Assembly: GCF_021869535.1 (NCBI RefSeq)
Contig: NW_026262581.1
Coordinates: forward strand, 125,240,001-125,304,000
DNA from: Mytilus californianus
Lineage: Eukaryota
Direction: 5' to 3'
Length of the DNA stretch: 64,000 nt
Below are positions 24,693 to 36,109 of this stretch, in pieces. Under the pieces are notes generated by a model that was not told the DNA's origin, did no database searches, and saw only the letters and a list, made by a program, of their open reading frames with translations. Numbering within the stretch: position 1 is the stretch's first letter; each line of letters starts with the position of its first letter. The translations under genes were made by a program, and so were the position numbers.

Positions 24693-25185
24693 GTTTTAAG
24701 GTGTATAATGAGTTTGTTTTTTGGGGGAGGGACAAAGTATACAATTTTAGAGTTATAACCACCTTTTCTCAAGAATCCTATATATGGTACTGCAAATTCA
24801 GAAATCAGTGTTCATTTGTTATTGCAATTGATGTACATTGTACAACTAACAAAAATGTGAGATTAATTATGATTTTGGATGGTTTTATTAACTGTTCATG
24901 CACTTAATTAAAAATCTTGTCTTGTCATTGGTTGAATATCCATTGCTTAGGAAGTTGATAACCAGTAAGAACGACTTGGTGTTCTCTTTTTCAAACATTT
25001 AAGAGATATTGGTATACATCAATGAGATAGCGACCTAATACTGATTTTTAAGGAATTTCAAGCTGTAAGGTCAAGGCCTTAAACTTATTTCCTATAATAT
25101 TCACTATCCAAATAGCCATATTTCAAAAAAATCTTTTTATCGTAAGAATGTCTTTTAAATTGTAGTACTGGAATATTAATTACAT

Positions 25186-26101
25186 TAGTGTAAATTCAGA
25201 AACTATTGTGAGGTTTTTATTAATGCGAATAATGCGACTGAGTGAGTATCTCAATAATATTGCATTCTGATATTTGATACATACCGTATAGCGGGTTATT
25301 TTCGCGGGTGTAAAATTTCACGATTTAGGGGCAACAAAGTGTACAAAAAATTTTGGCGGTTTTTATTTTGGCGGATTCTTTAATCCCAATTAAATATTTT
25401 AGCGGATACTAAAATGGTTGCAGTCAAAAAGTTGTAAAAAATTGACAAAGAAGCGTCTATTGTTATGGTTAAATGATTGTTTTACCTGCATGACGTCTTA
25501 TTTATTGATAATATTTTGATACAGTTAACCAATACCGCTACTTAAATATGTGTCACAGGTGTACAAACTTCTTGTAAATGTTACAGTTGGTTAGTTACAA
25601 AATTGACTGGACCTTTGATGTACTAATTAGATTATTAAATTATCATGAGTGACTTGCAACTCTTATATAATTTGACATTAATCAATAAGGATAAAATACC
25701 TGACAAAGTACCTTACACTCTTATATTATTAATTAAACTATTATGTAACCAATTAAGTAATTAATACCTGACAGCCAGTGAACACTGGCATTTTGCATTT
25801 ATGTATTTTAAATTAACATGAATTATTATTGATACGACGAACGGGAAATAAATAAATATTCTACAAAACGCTTTAGTTATTAGAAAGTACCGAAAGTATG
25901 CATAAATTTTCATGGAATTTAATTTCGCATTTCCCCTTACCAGCCAAAATAAGCGAAAATAAACACCCCGCGAAAATAACCCGCTATACGGTATATCTGT
26001 ATGCATAGTTTACTGAAATTGCAATGATTAATCTCACATTTTTGTCCATTCTTCAAAAATCTCAATAAAAAATGTACGCAATAATTTCGGAATTTACAGT
26101 A
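25186..26101. mobile_element. Outer about 200-bp MITE (tgtaaattcagaaattattg TIR) split by the 708-bp MITE
   Basis: Halves 25186-25283 and 25992-26101 join to match the uninterrupted copy at about 59958-60155. Confidence 0.7.
25284..25991. mobile_element. Tc1/mariner-type MITE, 708 bp, TA TSD
   Basis: Perfect 25-bp TIR ccgtatagcgggttattttcgcggg; TA at 25282-25283 and 25992-25993. Confidence 0.85.
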
Positions 26102-26352
26102 TATAATCCAATAATTGTAAGTAGATACAGAGGGCATTTGTTTTGTTGTTGAAATTTACAAGTTAACTTATAAATGCTGTGCCCTGAGGTAAGGCATTGG
26201 GTTGAGTGCTCACAAACATGTTCAACCAAGCCTCATTTTTTATGTGCCTGTCCAAAGCCAGAGTTGTTCTCCTTTCGTTTGGTGTGTTTGAGCTTTTGAT
26301 TTTGCCATTTGATAAGGGACTTTCCGTTATGAATTTTCGTTGGAGTGCAGTA

Positions 26353-27140
26353 TTTTTGTCTCGCCTGCGGAAAGCGATACATAGGGATTGCTTTTGTGGT
26401 GACAGCGTCAACAATTGTTTTCTGCTTAAGTTAGTTTGATAGGAACTACTTTTGATAGATCATTGATATTTAATATAAAGTTGCATTACTATCAGTGCAT
26501 ATCAGTTTGACGACTATTTTGAGGCCCTGCCCCCTAGGACATGATCCAGTGACTGAATTAATTAGCCATTTGCAATGTTAAGTTTTCTGCTTAAGTTAGT
26601 TTGATAGGATCTACTTGTGATAGATCAATGATATTTTGTATGAAGTCGCATTACTATCAGTACATATCAGTTTGACGACTATTTTGAGGCTCTGTCCCCT
26701 AGGACATGGTCCAGTGACTTTGAATTAATTAGCAATTTTCAATGTTAAATATTCTGCTTTAGTTAGTTTGATAGGATCTACTTGTGATAGATCAATGATG
26801 TTTTGTATGAAGTTCCATTCCTATCAGTTCATATCAGTTTGAAGACTATTTCGAGTCCCTGCCCCTTTGTCATGGTCCAGTGACTTTGAATTAAATAGCA
26901 ATTTTCAATGTTAAGTTTTTCTGCTTAAGTTATATTGATAGGAACTACTTAAAATAAACAACGATATTTTCTATAAGGTTACATTACTGTTTGTACATCT
27001 CAGTTTGTCAACCATTTTCAGGTCCTGCCCACTAGATAATGGTCCAATGACTGAATTAATAAGCAATGTTGCTGTCCATCAGATTGTCTTTTTCTGAATT
27101 TTATGCCAATAGGCGAGGCATATCTCTGTGTCAACAGTTT
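26353..27140 (+). mobile_element. HINE-like element with four 165-167-bp tandem units
   Basis: 5' tttttgtctcgcct...agcgatac, 3' aggcgaggc. Unit starts (tctgctt) at 26421, 26586, 26753 and 26920. Confidence 0.7.
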
Positions 27141-27305
27141 ATTGTTATTTTACTTTTTGTTATCCAGTGGTTGATGTTATTACTGACCACTATAATCAAT
27201 TTTTGGATTATTACTTTTACAATCCTGTGACTCTTTTCACAAAAATACTTACGATTATAAAACACTTGTAAAACATGAGCAGTTCAGTATAACTTAATGG
27301 ATGTT

Positions 27306-27359
27306 AAGTGACCCTCATTTTTGATCGTTTGCAAGTGACCCTCATTTTTGATCGTTTGC
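27306..27359 (+). repeat. Perfect 27-bp tandem duplication
   Basis: aagtgaccctcatttttgatcgtttgc x2. Confidence 0.95.
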
Positions 27360-28860
27360 ACAAAGTAATACAAGTATGACACAATACACCATTGTGTGAA
27401 CCATGAAATGGGAGGATGAAAAGTAGCTTTGTTATATACTCTTCATTAGTTATGCTGTATTCTAATCTTGCTATTTTTCAACTTTGTTGGAGCCAGTGAT
27501 ATTGTACGACTCTTTTAATAATTTGAGGGAATTCTACTGCTATTTTGATTTTGACTGATTAATAAGTTCATAGCTGATTACATGGAAATAAAAACTTCTT
27601 TACACCATCAGTTGAATATTTATTATTTAGTATGTTAAGTGAATCAGAAAAAAATATTTTAAAAATATTACCCAATAAAAAAAAAACATGACATGAATTG
27701 CAGATATAAAATTAATGTTGTTTATCAGGAGAAGTTAATAGTAAGGATGAACAATTGTCGAAAATGATGCTGATAATGATACTCCAGTGCTGAATACAGA
27801 TAAAAACACACCAGATTCTTAACTATCATGTATATATGCAAAACCATGAAAATCCATTATCAATTAAGATTTGTGAAACATGTACTATAAACAAAACATT
27901 TTAGTGTACTGACTTCATTCAGATCATTTAACTTGCAGGGGGCATATGTTATCTCTGATGTGTTACTAATGTTCAAGGAAAAGAAAACATTGATTCTCAT
28001 GCCTGTGATGATTTAAGTTTCAAATGATAAAAAATGTAAACAAAAGGTGTTTATTCTGTAAGATATGTGTCTAACTACTCAAAAATAATCACCCACCATT
28101 ACTTTGACCTCTATCTCCTTAAAGTTCAAATTCTTTTTTGAAATCAGATCAAAGATCAAGTGAGAAAGTCAGTTTTTTGATAGAATTAATTGGATGTTTT
28201 GTAAAGTTTGATAGCAATGTCTGTCTATTTTTTAATCTGATGTGTAGTGATGAAAGCAGCTTTTCATTTTCCAGACAATCAACAAGGTGGTCTGATATAT
28301 TTAAACACAACATCAGGAACATCTCCAGACAATCTTCTGTTCCCTTCCTTTCAACTTTCAATCAGTCAAATATTTGTCACCTTTATATACTTTTTCACTA
28401 CTCATTTTTGCATCCCCAGTTATCTTTCTTTGCACACTTTACAAAGTTTGATTAATGACTTCTGAAAAAATACAAGTCAAATGCATTGCTGTACAAATAG
28501 AATTCACTATACTATGACAAACATTAATGACCGCATTATCCTTTTTAATTTGAAATAAGGGTTCCACAGAAACGTTTTATTTGCCAACAGTGGAGCTTGG
28601 TTGATAAATCTTATTTTTCCTTATAAGATAAGATAAATTTTATTTCCAATAGAGGACCCATTATAGGCATAGTCAGTACATTGATTTTTTATATCACACA
28701 ATTGCATTAGACAATACACAAGAAAATAAAAAAAAAAAAAGAAATACAACTGAAAAAAAACATGAAATATAAATTGTGTTAATAATACATGTAGTCACGT
28801 AAACCAGTATGTTTAGTGTTTATTGACCATGCACCAGAAGCAGCATCACATCCATTATAA

Positions 28861-29392
28861 AACTAGAGTCTCTCAAGAGCCTGTGTCGCTCACCTGTATT
28901 TACTGATGCTTTGGAAATCATGTAAAATAAGGTTAAAATCATAATTAATAGTATTAGATATTAGATATTATAATGATATCTAAGATAATAACAAACTAGA
29001 GGCTCTCAAGAGCCTGTGTCGCTCACCTGTATTTACTGATGCTTTGGAAATCATGTAAAATAAGGTTAAAATCATAATTAATAGTATTAGATATTAGATA
29101 TTATAATGATATCTAAGATAATAACAAACTAGAGGCTCTCAAGAGCCTGTGTCGCTCACCTGTATTTACTGATGCTTTGGAAATCATGTAAAATAAGGTT
29201 AAAATCATAATTAATAGTATTACATATTAGATATTATAATGATATCTAAGATAATAACAAACTAGAGGCTCTCAAGAGCCTGTGTCGCTCACCTGTATTT
29301 ACTGATGCTTTGGAAATCATGTAAAATAAGGTTAAAATCATAATTAATAGTATTACATATTAGATATTATAATGATATCTAAGATAATAACA
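28861..29392 (+). repeat. 133-bp tandem repeat x4, nearly identical
   Basis: Units start at 28861, 28994, 29127 and 29260; I saw only two variable sites. Confidence 0.95.
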
Positions 29393-30344
29393 AAAAACTG
29401 CAAAATTTTTGTAAAATTACTAACTCAGGGGCAGCAACCCAACAACGGGTTGTCGGATTCGTCTGAAAATTTCAGGGCAGATAAATCTAAATCTGATGAA
29501 CATTTTTGCCACATGTCAGATTTGCTCTAAATGCTTTAGTTTCAGAGATATAAACCAAAAACTGCATTTTACCCCTATGTTCTATTTTTAACCAAGTCGG
29601 CCATGATGGTTGGAAGGCGGGGTCATCGGACAAATTTTTTAAACTAGATACCCTAATAATGATTATGGCCAAGTATGGTTAAATTTGTCTCAGTAGTTTC
29701 AGAGAAGAAGATTTTTGTAAAAGATTACAAAAATTTACAAAAAATTGTTAAAAATTTACTATTAAGGGCAATAACTCCTAAAGGGGTCGATTGACAATTT
29801 TGGTCATGGCAACTTATTTGTAGATCTTACTTTGCTGAACATTATTGCTGTTTACAGTTTATCTCTATCTATAATAATATTCAAGATAATAACCAAAAAC
29901 TGCAAAATTTCCTTAAAATTACCAATTTAGGGGAAGCAACCCAACAACAGAATGTCAGATTTGTCTGAAAATTTCAGGGCAGATAGATCTTGACCTGATA
30001 ATCAGTTTTACCCTATGTCAGATTTACTCTAAATGCTTTGGTTTCAGAGATATAAGCCAAAATTTACATTTTACCCATATGTTCTATTTTTAGCCATGGT
30101 GGCCATCTTGGTTGGTTAGTGGGGTCAACAGACACATTTTTTAAACTAGATACCCTAATGATGATTGTGGCCAAGTTTGGTCAAATTTGGCCCAGTGGTT
30201 TCAGAGGAGAAGATTTTTGTAAAAAGCTAACGACGACGGACTACGACAACGACACCGACGACGACGACAACTAAGGACGACGGACGACGGACGCCAAGTG
30301 ATGAGAAAAGCTCACTTGGCCCTTCGGGCCAGGTGAGCTAAAAA
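28861..30344 (-). mobile_element. HINE-like element (gctcacctg subTIR family) whose 3' terminus is repeated four times
   Basis: Head (minus) tttttagctcacctggcccgaagggccaagtgagc, (cgt/gac) microsatellite at about 30230-30295, two long internal units, tail caggtgagc + aggctct-tg-agagcct hairpin. Confidence 0.8.
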
Positions 30345-30353
30345 GCTTTTGAG

Positions 30354-31726
30354 TCAAGTCCTTCCTCGTGGCTGATGCATATGAACAAGTAGTATTGTAC
30401 AGATAGGATAATAGTGGAATGACCTAATATTTTTCAATGTTGAGTTATATCCTAAATGGGTCTCAGCCAAAAAAGCAATATCATATTTGTCTATTGACTT
30501 AATGAACAAGGGGTCACAAGTTTTGTCATAGCCCTTTGCAATGAGTCCCCCAACATTCCAAAAACACATTTTTAAATTTGAAAATGACATATGGGTTATT
30601 ATATTTTAACCTTTGCTAAAAAAAAAAATATACTTACAAAAGAAAATAATATAATAATACTTGTCTATCGTTTTAGAATAGACAAAATTGAAATTGAAAC
30701 TGATAAGGTTCTATATATATATATATCTATGACCTTTGATTCTTTTGTAAAATATAATGTTACATATACAAAAAAAAAAACAATATTGCCTTGATTAACA
30801 AAATCAGTATTGAAATTCTATTGTATAAATTAGTAATTAATGTCAGGATGGAGTTGTTTGTCTTCCACAACCTCTGGAACCTCTACCACGTCCTCTATTG
30901 ATACGAGAGTGACTACGATCATGTCGGGTGGGTAATGGAACACCCAATGTTGAGTGAATGGCTTGTTTAATATTGCTAGCTAACTGAGCAATTCCCTTTG
31001 TGCTAAGATAAAATTTATCCTCTGCAAGCATTTCTGGTGTAGGATTTCCACCAAAAGCCATATTGCTGTGATCAACAAACATAACATTCACTTCCGAAAA
31101 ACTCTGCTTCATAAGGGCATTAATAATTTGACTATTCGTATTATGAATAAGTGAATCACTCCTAGCCTATCAATATTTTCACCATTTTGACACTTGGTCA
31201 TTAATTAAGCTTTGTGTTTATTATATAATTAGGAAATAAAAAAAAAACAATTGTATATGTATGAAAGTAAATTGAACAGTAAGTTAATATAAGTATTAAG
31301 CTTCATCTATGTAGTCCTAGGTGTTGTGAGTGAAACTATGATTTTCATCGATACCCATTTTTGTTGCATTGATAAGATTATATCACCTAGCTCTTTAACA
31401 CAATCTTGTGGTGATTTAGATTTTAAATCATTAGTTAACACATGAAGTACCATTATATCTGGAGGATGATTAAACTTTGAAATGCATTTTCTGGTGTCAT
31501 CCAGAGTGTATGCAGTAAATTTGGTGATTTGCGCTGCTGTGGTTAGTTTATCTTCATTGATTCCTTGGATATTTGAAGTACAGACTAAATAAACAGTTGG
31601 CTTAACTGATTCTCTTGTAAGGTTAGGCTTTGTTTTAGAATCGTCAACTGAAGCCTTCGTGAGACGGAGTTCATCTAAAGCATCAGATAAATGTGTTTTG
31701 AGAGAAAGAGCATATATAAACTTCAA
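30354..31726 (-). mobile_element. Decayed non-LTR retrotransposon: ORF1 fragments (SGNH-esterase-like) and the start of ORF2 (AP endonuclease)
   Basis: ORF2 start FWNVGGL...DIAFLAETH (APE motifs WN..GL and L.ET). ORF1 pieces VCTSN...LHVLTNDL...IVSLTTPR and DKFYLSTKG resemble SGNH blocks (G.S, GTND, D..HL). Interrupted and truncated; clade (CR1/L2 group) uncertain. Confidence 0.75.
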
Positions 31727-32934
31727 TGCTTTCTTGATATCACAGGCTGCAGGTCAAATTATCTGGTTTAACAATTGGCCCGAGTAACACCCCAAGTATT
31801 GTACATATATGCAAATTAATAGATTGATCAGCTGAAATTTTTTGACTTTCTTCCATTAAAATTAAATGAAACCCTAAATTTGGTATAAATATTGATATAT
31901 TGCCAGCATTACCTCACTAGGTAGTTTACCAAGACCCCAAATTTGGAACTCTGGTGTAGGCTCTTCAAGAATGTACCCAGCTGGGCCTTTTGGCCCGGAA
32001 AGTCTCAGGTGATGCAGTGCCTGGCATTTGTTTCTAGTGTGAAAAAATGCTTTGCTGTAGGGATCTTTTAAGAATTAAAATTAGGAAGGGGTAGTCTCTC
32101 CAGATTCAAAATTTGGACTCCTGTTTAATCTTATCGTCCAATTCTCACTTTGCAAACATGCTGCAGCAATCAACTTCTTTTAATATACCAGTTCCTATGA
32201 TACCTTAGACTTGCTACATGTCCCTTCCTTATTATGTTTTTTTTTTCAATTTTGCCCATTTAATAATTTTACTGCTATAACTAAGAGATTACCATTATAC
32301 TGACATCTGCCCTTTCTCCAAGGGCAATCAGTATACTGGCAGTTTTCAGTAAACATATAATTAGTAAGAAAGAAATAAAAGAAAGGGAATTGTAGCAAGT
32401 CTAATGATACCCATACACAGATTAATCATTATAATTCCAGTTCATTATGTAATGGCTAATGTTGCAACGTTTGTTAAAATTTGTTTTTTACTTTGCAAAA
32501 AAACAAGTGAGAAATAAAAATTGTGATGTGGAGGAACAGGCAACATTGCTAAAAAAAAAAAAAACCAACAACTAAAAGATGAGTTTACAATGCACTACAA
32601 AGAAAACTTCAGATTGAGCAATTTGAATCTAAACAACAACATGGATAAACTCATGTGCTCTGTAGAAATAAGCCAATTCTGCTATATTTAGTCACATGAA
32701 ATTTTACCTAAGACCTAGTGACTTAAAGTCAATTGGGATCTTCTTCTCATAATATATGACCACATATCTAAGTTAGTTTGCAATCTGGTTTTAAATATTT
32801 GATAAAGCATCAAAAAACCTCTTTCCTGCACAAATTTTGGTCTATTTTTAGCAACTATGACCATGACCTTAGACATACTGACCTCAAAATCAATAGGGAT
32901 CTTCCTCTCAATATATGTGACCATATGTTTAAGT

Positions 32935-33551
32935 ACGTTGCATTCCCCTTAATATATAGAGACAGATCAGTTTTCAGTAAACTTAAACTCAGTGCCCATT
33001 CCCTAGCAATTGAAAGGGGGTGTTATACCAACATCGAAAGAAGTAAACGCATTTGCTTATCCTGTAATAGACAAGAAATTGAGGATAAATACCATTTCTT
33101 CTCAGTCTGTCCATGCTATATATCATTGAGGGACACCTATATACAAAATATTAATAAAAATCTTAATTTCAATTTTATTAAATTGCAGTCAGCTATAACA
33201 CTGGGGCATATGACCACACTTTTAAATAGCAGTGTTCCAGTCATTATAAAAATCACCATAAAGTATATTAATGATTGTTTTTTTATTGAGAACATCTGTA
33301 TAACTTATATTTCTTTTAATATGTATCCTAATTTTTGTTTTTGTTTTTTGTACATGAACATTAATGATGTGTTAACTGTCGATACACACATATTAATGGT
33401 CTTTTTTTTTTCCCCTGTGAATACCACTGTCACTCTAATATAATTATAGTCAATTTAACTATTGTCAGTTTATTGTCTCAATACTGTATGCCATAACCAT
33501 TTAATGTAAATGTGTTTGTGCTAATAAATATTGTCTATTGTCTATTGTCTA
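32935..33551 (+). mobile_element. 5'-truncated LINE 3' end (ORF2 C-terminal Cys/His domain, 3' UTR and repeat tail)
   Basis: KLKLSAHSLAIERGCY...RICLSCN..EIEDKYHFFSVCPCY..LR is a typical ORF2 C-terminus. It ends aataaa + (ttgtcta)3 and sits inside a HINE-like tandem unit. Confidence 0.75.
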
Positions 33552-35287
33552 TATATATTAAATTTAACATCAACAAACCACTTCCCTGCACAAATTTTAG
33601 ACTATTTTTAGCAACCATGACCTTGACAGACTAGTATCCTCAAAATCAATAGGGATCATCCTCTAATAATATGTGACCATATACACAAGAAGGGTTGGAA
33701 TCTGATATAAAGTAGTTGATTCAGCATCTGGAACCAAGCAGATTGACAGACTGTTTGACAGATGGGTTAAGAACTGTATGATCTTATATACCACTGCTAC
33801 TTTGTAGTATTGGGTATTATACATAGTGCGATAACCCACTAATATTTTACTGACTTGCAATAACCCACTATATTTTACTGACAAGTCTTATTTATTCAAT
33901 CTTTCCCATTCAAATGCAACTATCAATTGCTGGCATCTGATGCTGATGAATATTTGATAGCACAATAGTAAACTCCTTGCCACAACAAGCAGTGCATGAT
34001 TAATTTTTTTCAAATTATACCTCTCATACATTCCCATAAGAATCAAAACAAAACAGGTATTCAATTTAAATTTTATTTTATTTTAGCACTTTTATGATGA
34101 CTGTTTACAGCCAGTTTTTTAATGAAACATGATCAACAATTATTACAACATTTTACAAGGGCAGTACAAATCTTACCAATCAGTTAAGAAAAAAAACTGC
34201 ACACTCATTGCAATCAGTTGGTAAATCATATCCAAAGATTCCATGTCTGATTACCAAAGATCAAAAGAAAAAAACATGTAAAATTATTACTTACTTCATA
34301 CAAAATGAAATTTGATTCTCATAATATCATTGTTCTTTATTCAATTTCAATTTAAATTTTAAACGTGTTAATTTTTTTTAATGTGGTTTTCAAGTATTCA
34401 ATTTCAAGAATACTTTAGATTAAATTGTTCAAAAAGATATAATCATATTGTGAGATCAATACTGTCCTTGTACAAATAAGCACCATTCTGAACATATAAA
34501 ATAACAAACTGAAAATCAAAACAAGTTACAAACAATGAACATGCTGTGCCTAGTGCAGCATTATACGGCAGCTGCCTACGGAAAGGCTCAAATTAGAGAA
34601 TTTTCCCTTGATTGTATGTAACATTTCCTACTGAATGTTACTCCTAATGGATTCCTAGATCTTAATTTATACAGGTCATTAGTTATTTTATGAGCAATCC
34701 ATCAATCAATGATATACCCAAAAACCAACTCAATATTTTTGAACTTTCTCCCTTTCAAACAGTAATTTTGACATGATTTATTAACTTTGTAAACGTATGT
34801 GACAATTTTTTTTCAAAATTTAAATCACTGATGCATTTTAGCTTTAAAAGGGTAGGTTTAATGATGAAAAGTATTTAACAGTATAAAACAAAGAAATGCA
34901 CGAACTATCAACCTATACAATTATTAATTTTGCTTCTCACAATATGAACCTTTATCATTATACAACCACAAATTTTCCTGCATATACAAAAAACTAATTT
35001 TTCTGGTATATAAATGGAAAGAATAAATAAATCTCATGTCTTTCAACAACAAAAATAACAAACTTTTGGCATGCAAAAACAAACATACAAAATGATTTGT
35101 TCACTGGGTTTCAAAATGAGAAAAAATATACAACAAGCTCATATAGCACTTATACACATAGCATAATTTAAACAAAAAAAAAACAACTATGATGACAGTC
35201 CTAGCTTTCAGCTAAATACAAACTGTGATATTCTATTCTAAATAACCAAACACAATAGCTTTTCTTTAAAGGAGGCATACTATCCAT

Positions 35288-36109
35288 AAAATTCGTAAGG
35301 GTTCCGCGGAACCCAGTGTCTCGCCTACTTTTTCTGTTAATCACAGGCTAAACAAAAATGAGGAAGTAAATCAATAAAAATATTCCTCTTGATACTATCT
35401 TTTGATTGTAAGAAGCTTCTGTCCAAGTCCAAATCCAGGATAGTTTATGAATCTAATAAATGTTTAAAAACTTTAACTGCAGACTGAATGTAATGTTAAC
35501 TGGAAGAAAACAAAATTTCCTTCTAGATACTAGCATTTGATCATAAACAAGCTTCTGTCTAAGTTTGGTAGAAATCCAAAAAAGTATTAGAACGTTATTA
35601 AAATTTTAAAAACTTTAACCACAGAGTGAATGTGTTGTTTCCTGGCAGAAAATCTAAGTCCATTTAAAAGTACAATAAGGAAAAAATGGATTTATTTTTT
35701 TACAAAATTTACTTCTAGATACTATCTTATGATCATAAACAAGCTTCTGTCCAAGTTTGGTACAAACCCAGGACAGTTTAAGAAAGTTATTAAAATTTTA
35801 AAAACTTTAACCACAGAGTGAATGTAATATTTCCCGGCAGAAAAACTAAGTCCATTTATAAGTAAAATATGGAAAAAATGGAATTTTATTTTTACAAAAT
35901 TTACTTCTGGATACTATCTTATGATCATAAACAAGCTTCTGTCCAAGTTTGGTAGAAATCCAGGATAGTTTAAGAAAGTTATTAAAATTTCAAAAACTTT
36001 AACCACAGAGTGAATATTTGTGGACACCGCCGACGACAACGACGACGCCGACGGAATGTAGGATCGCTATGTCTCGCTTTTTCGACTAAAGTCGAAGGCT
36101 CGACAAAAA
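35288..36109 (-). mobile_element. HINE-like element (gtcgagcct/aggcgagac family), copy 1
   Basis: Head (minus) tttttgtcgagccttcgactttagtcgaaaaagcgagac + (cgt) repeats; about 180-bp units; tail aggcgagac + palindrome gggttccgcggaaccc. Confidence 0.8.

Noticed and set aside
28138-28465. Three overlapping ORFs of 70-105 aa
   Set aside because: There are multiple stops in flanking frames, no motif, and no convincing splice sites.
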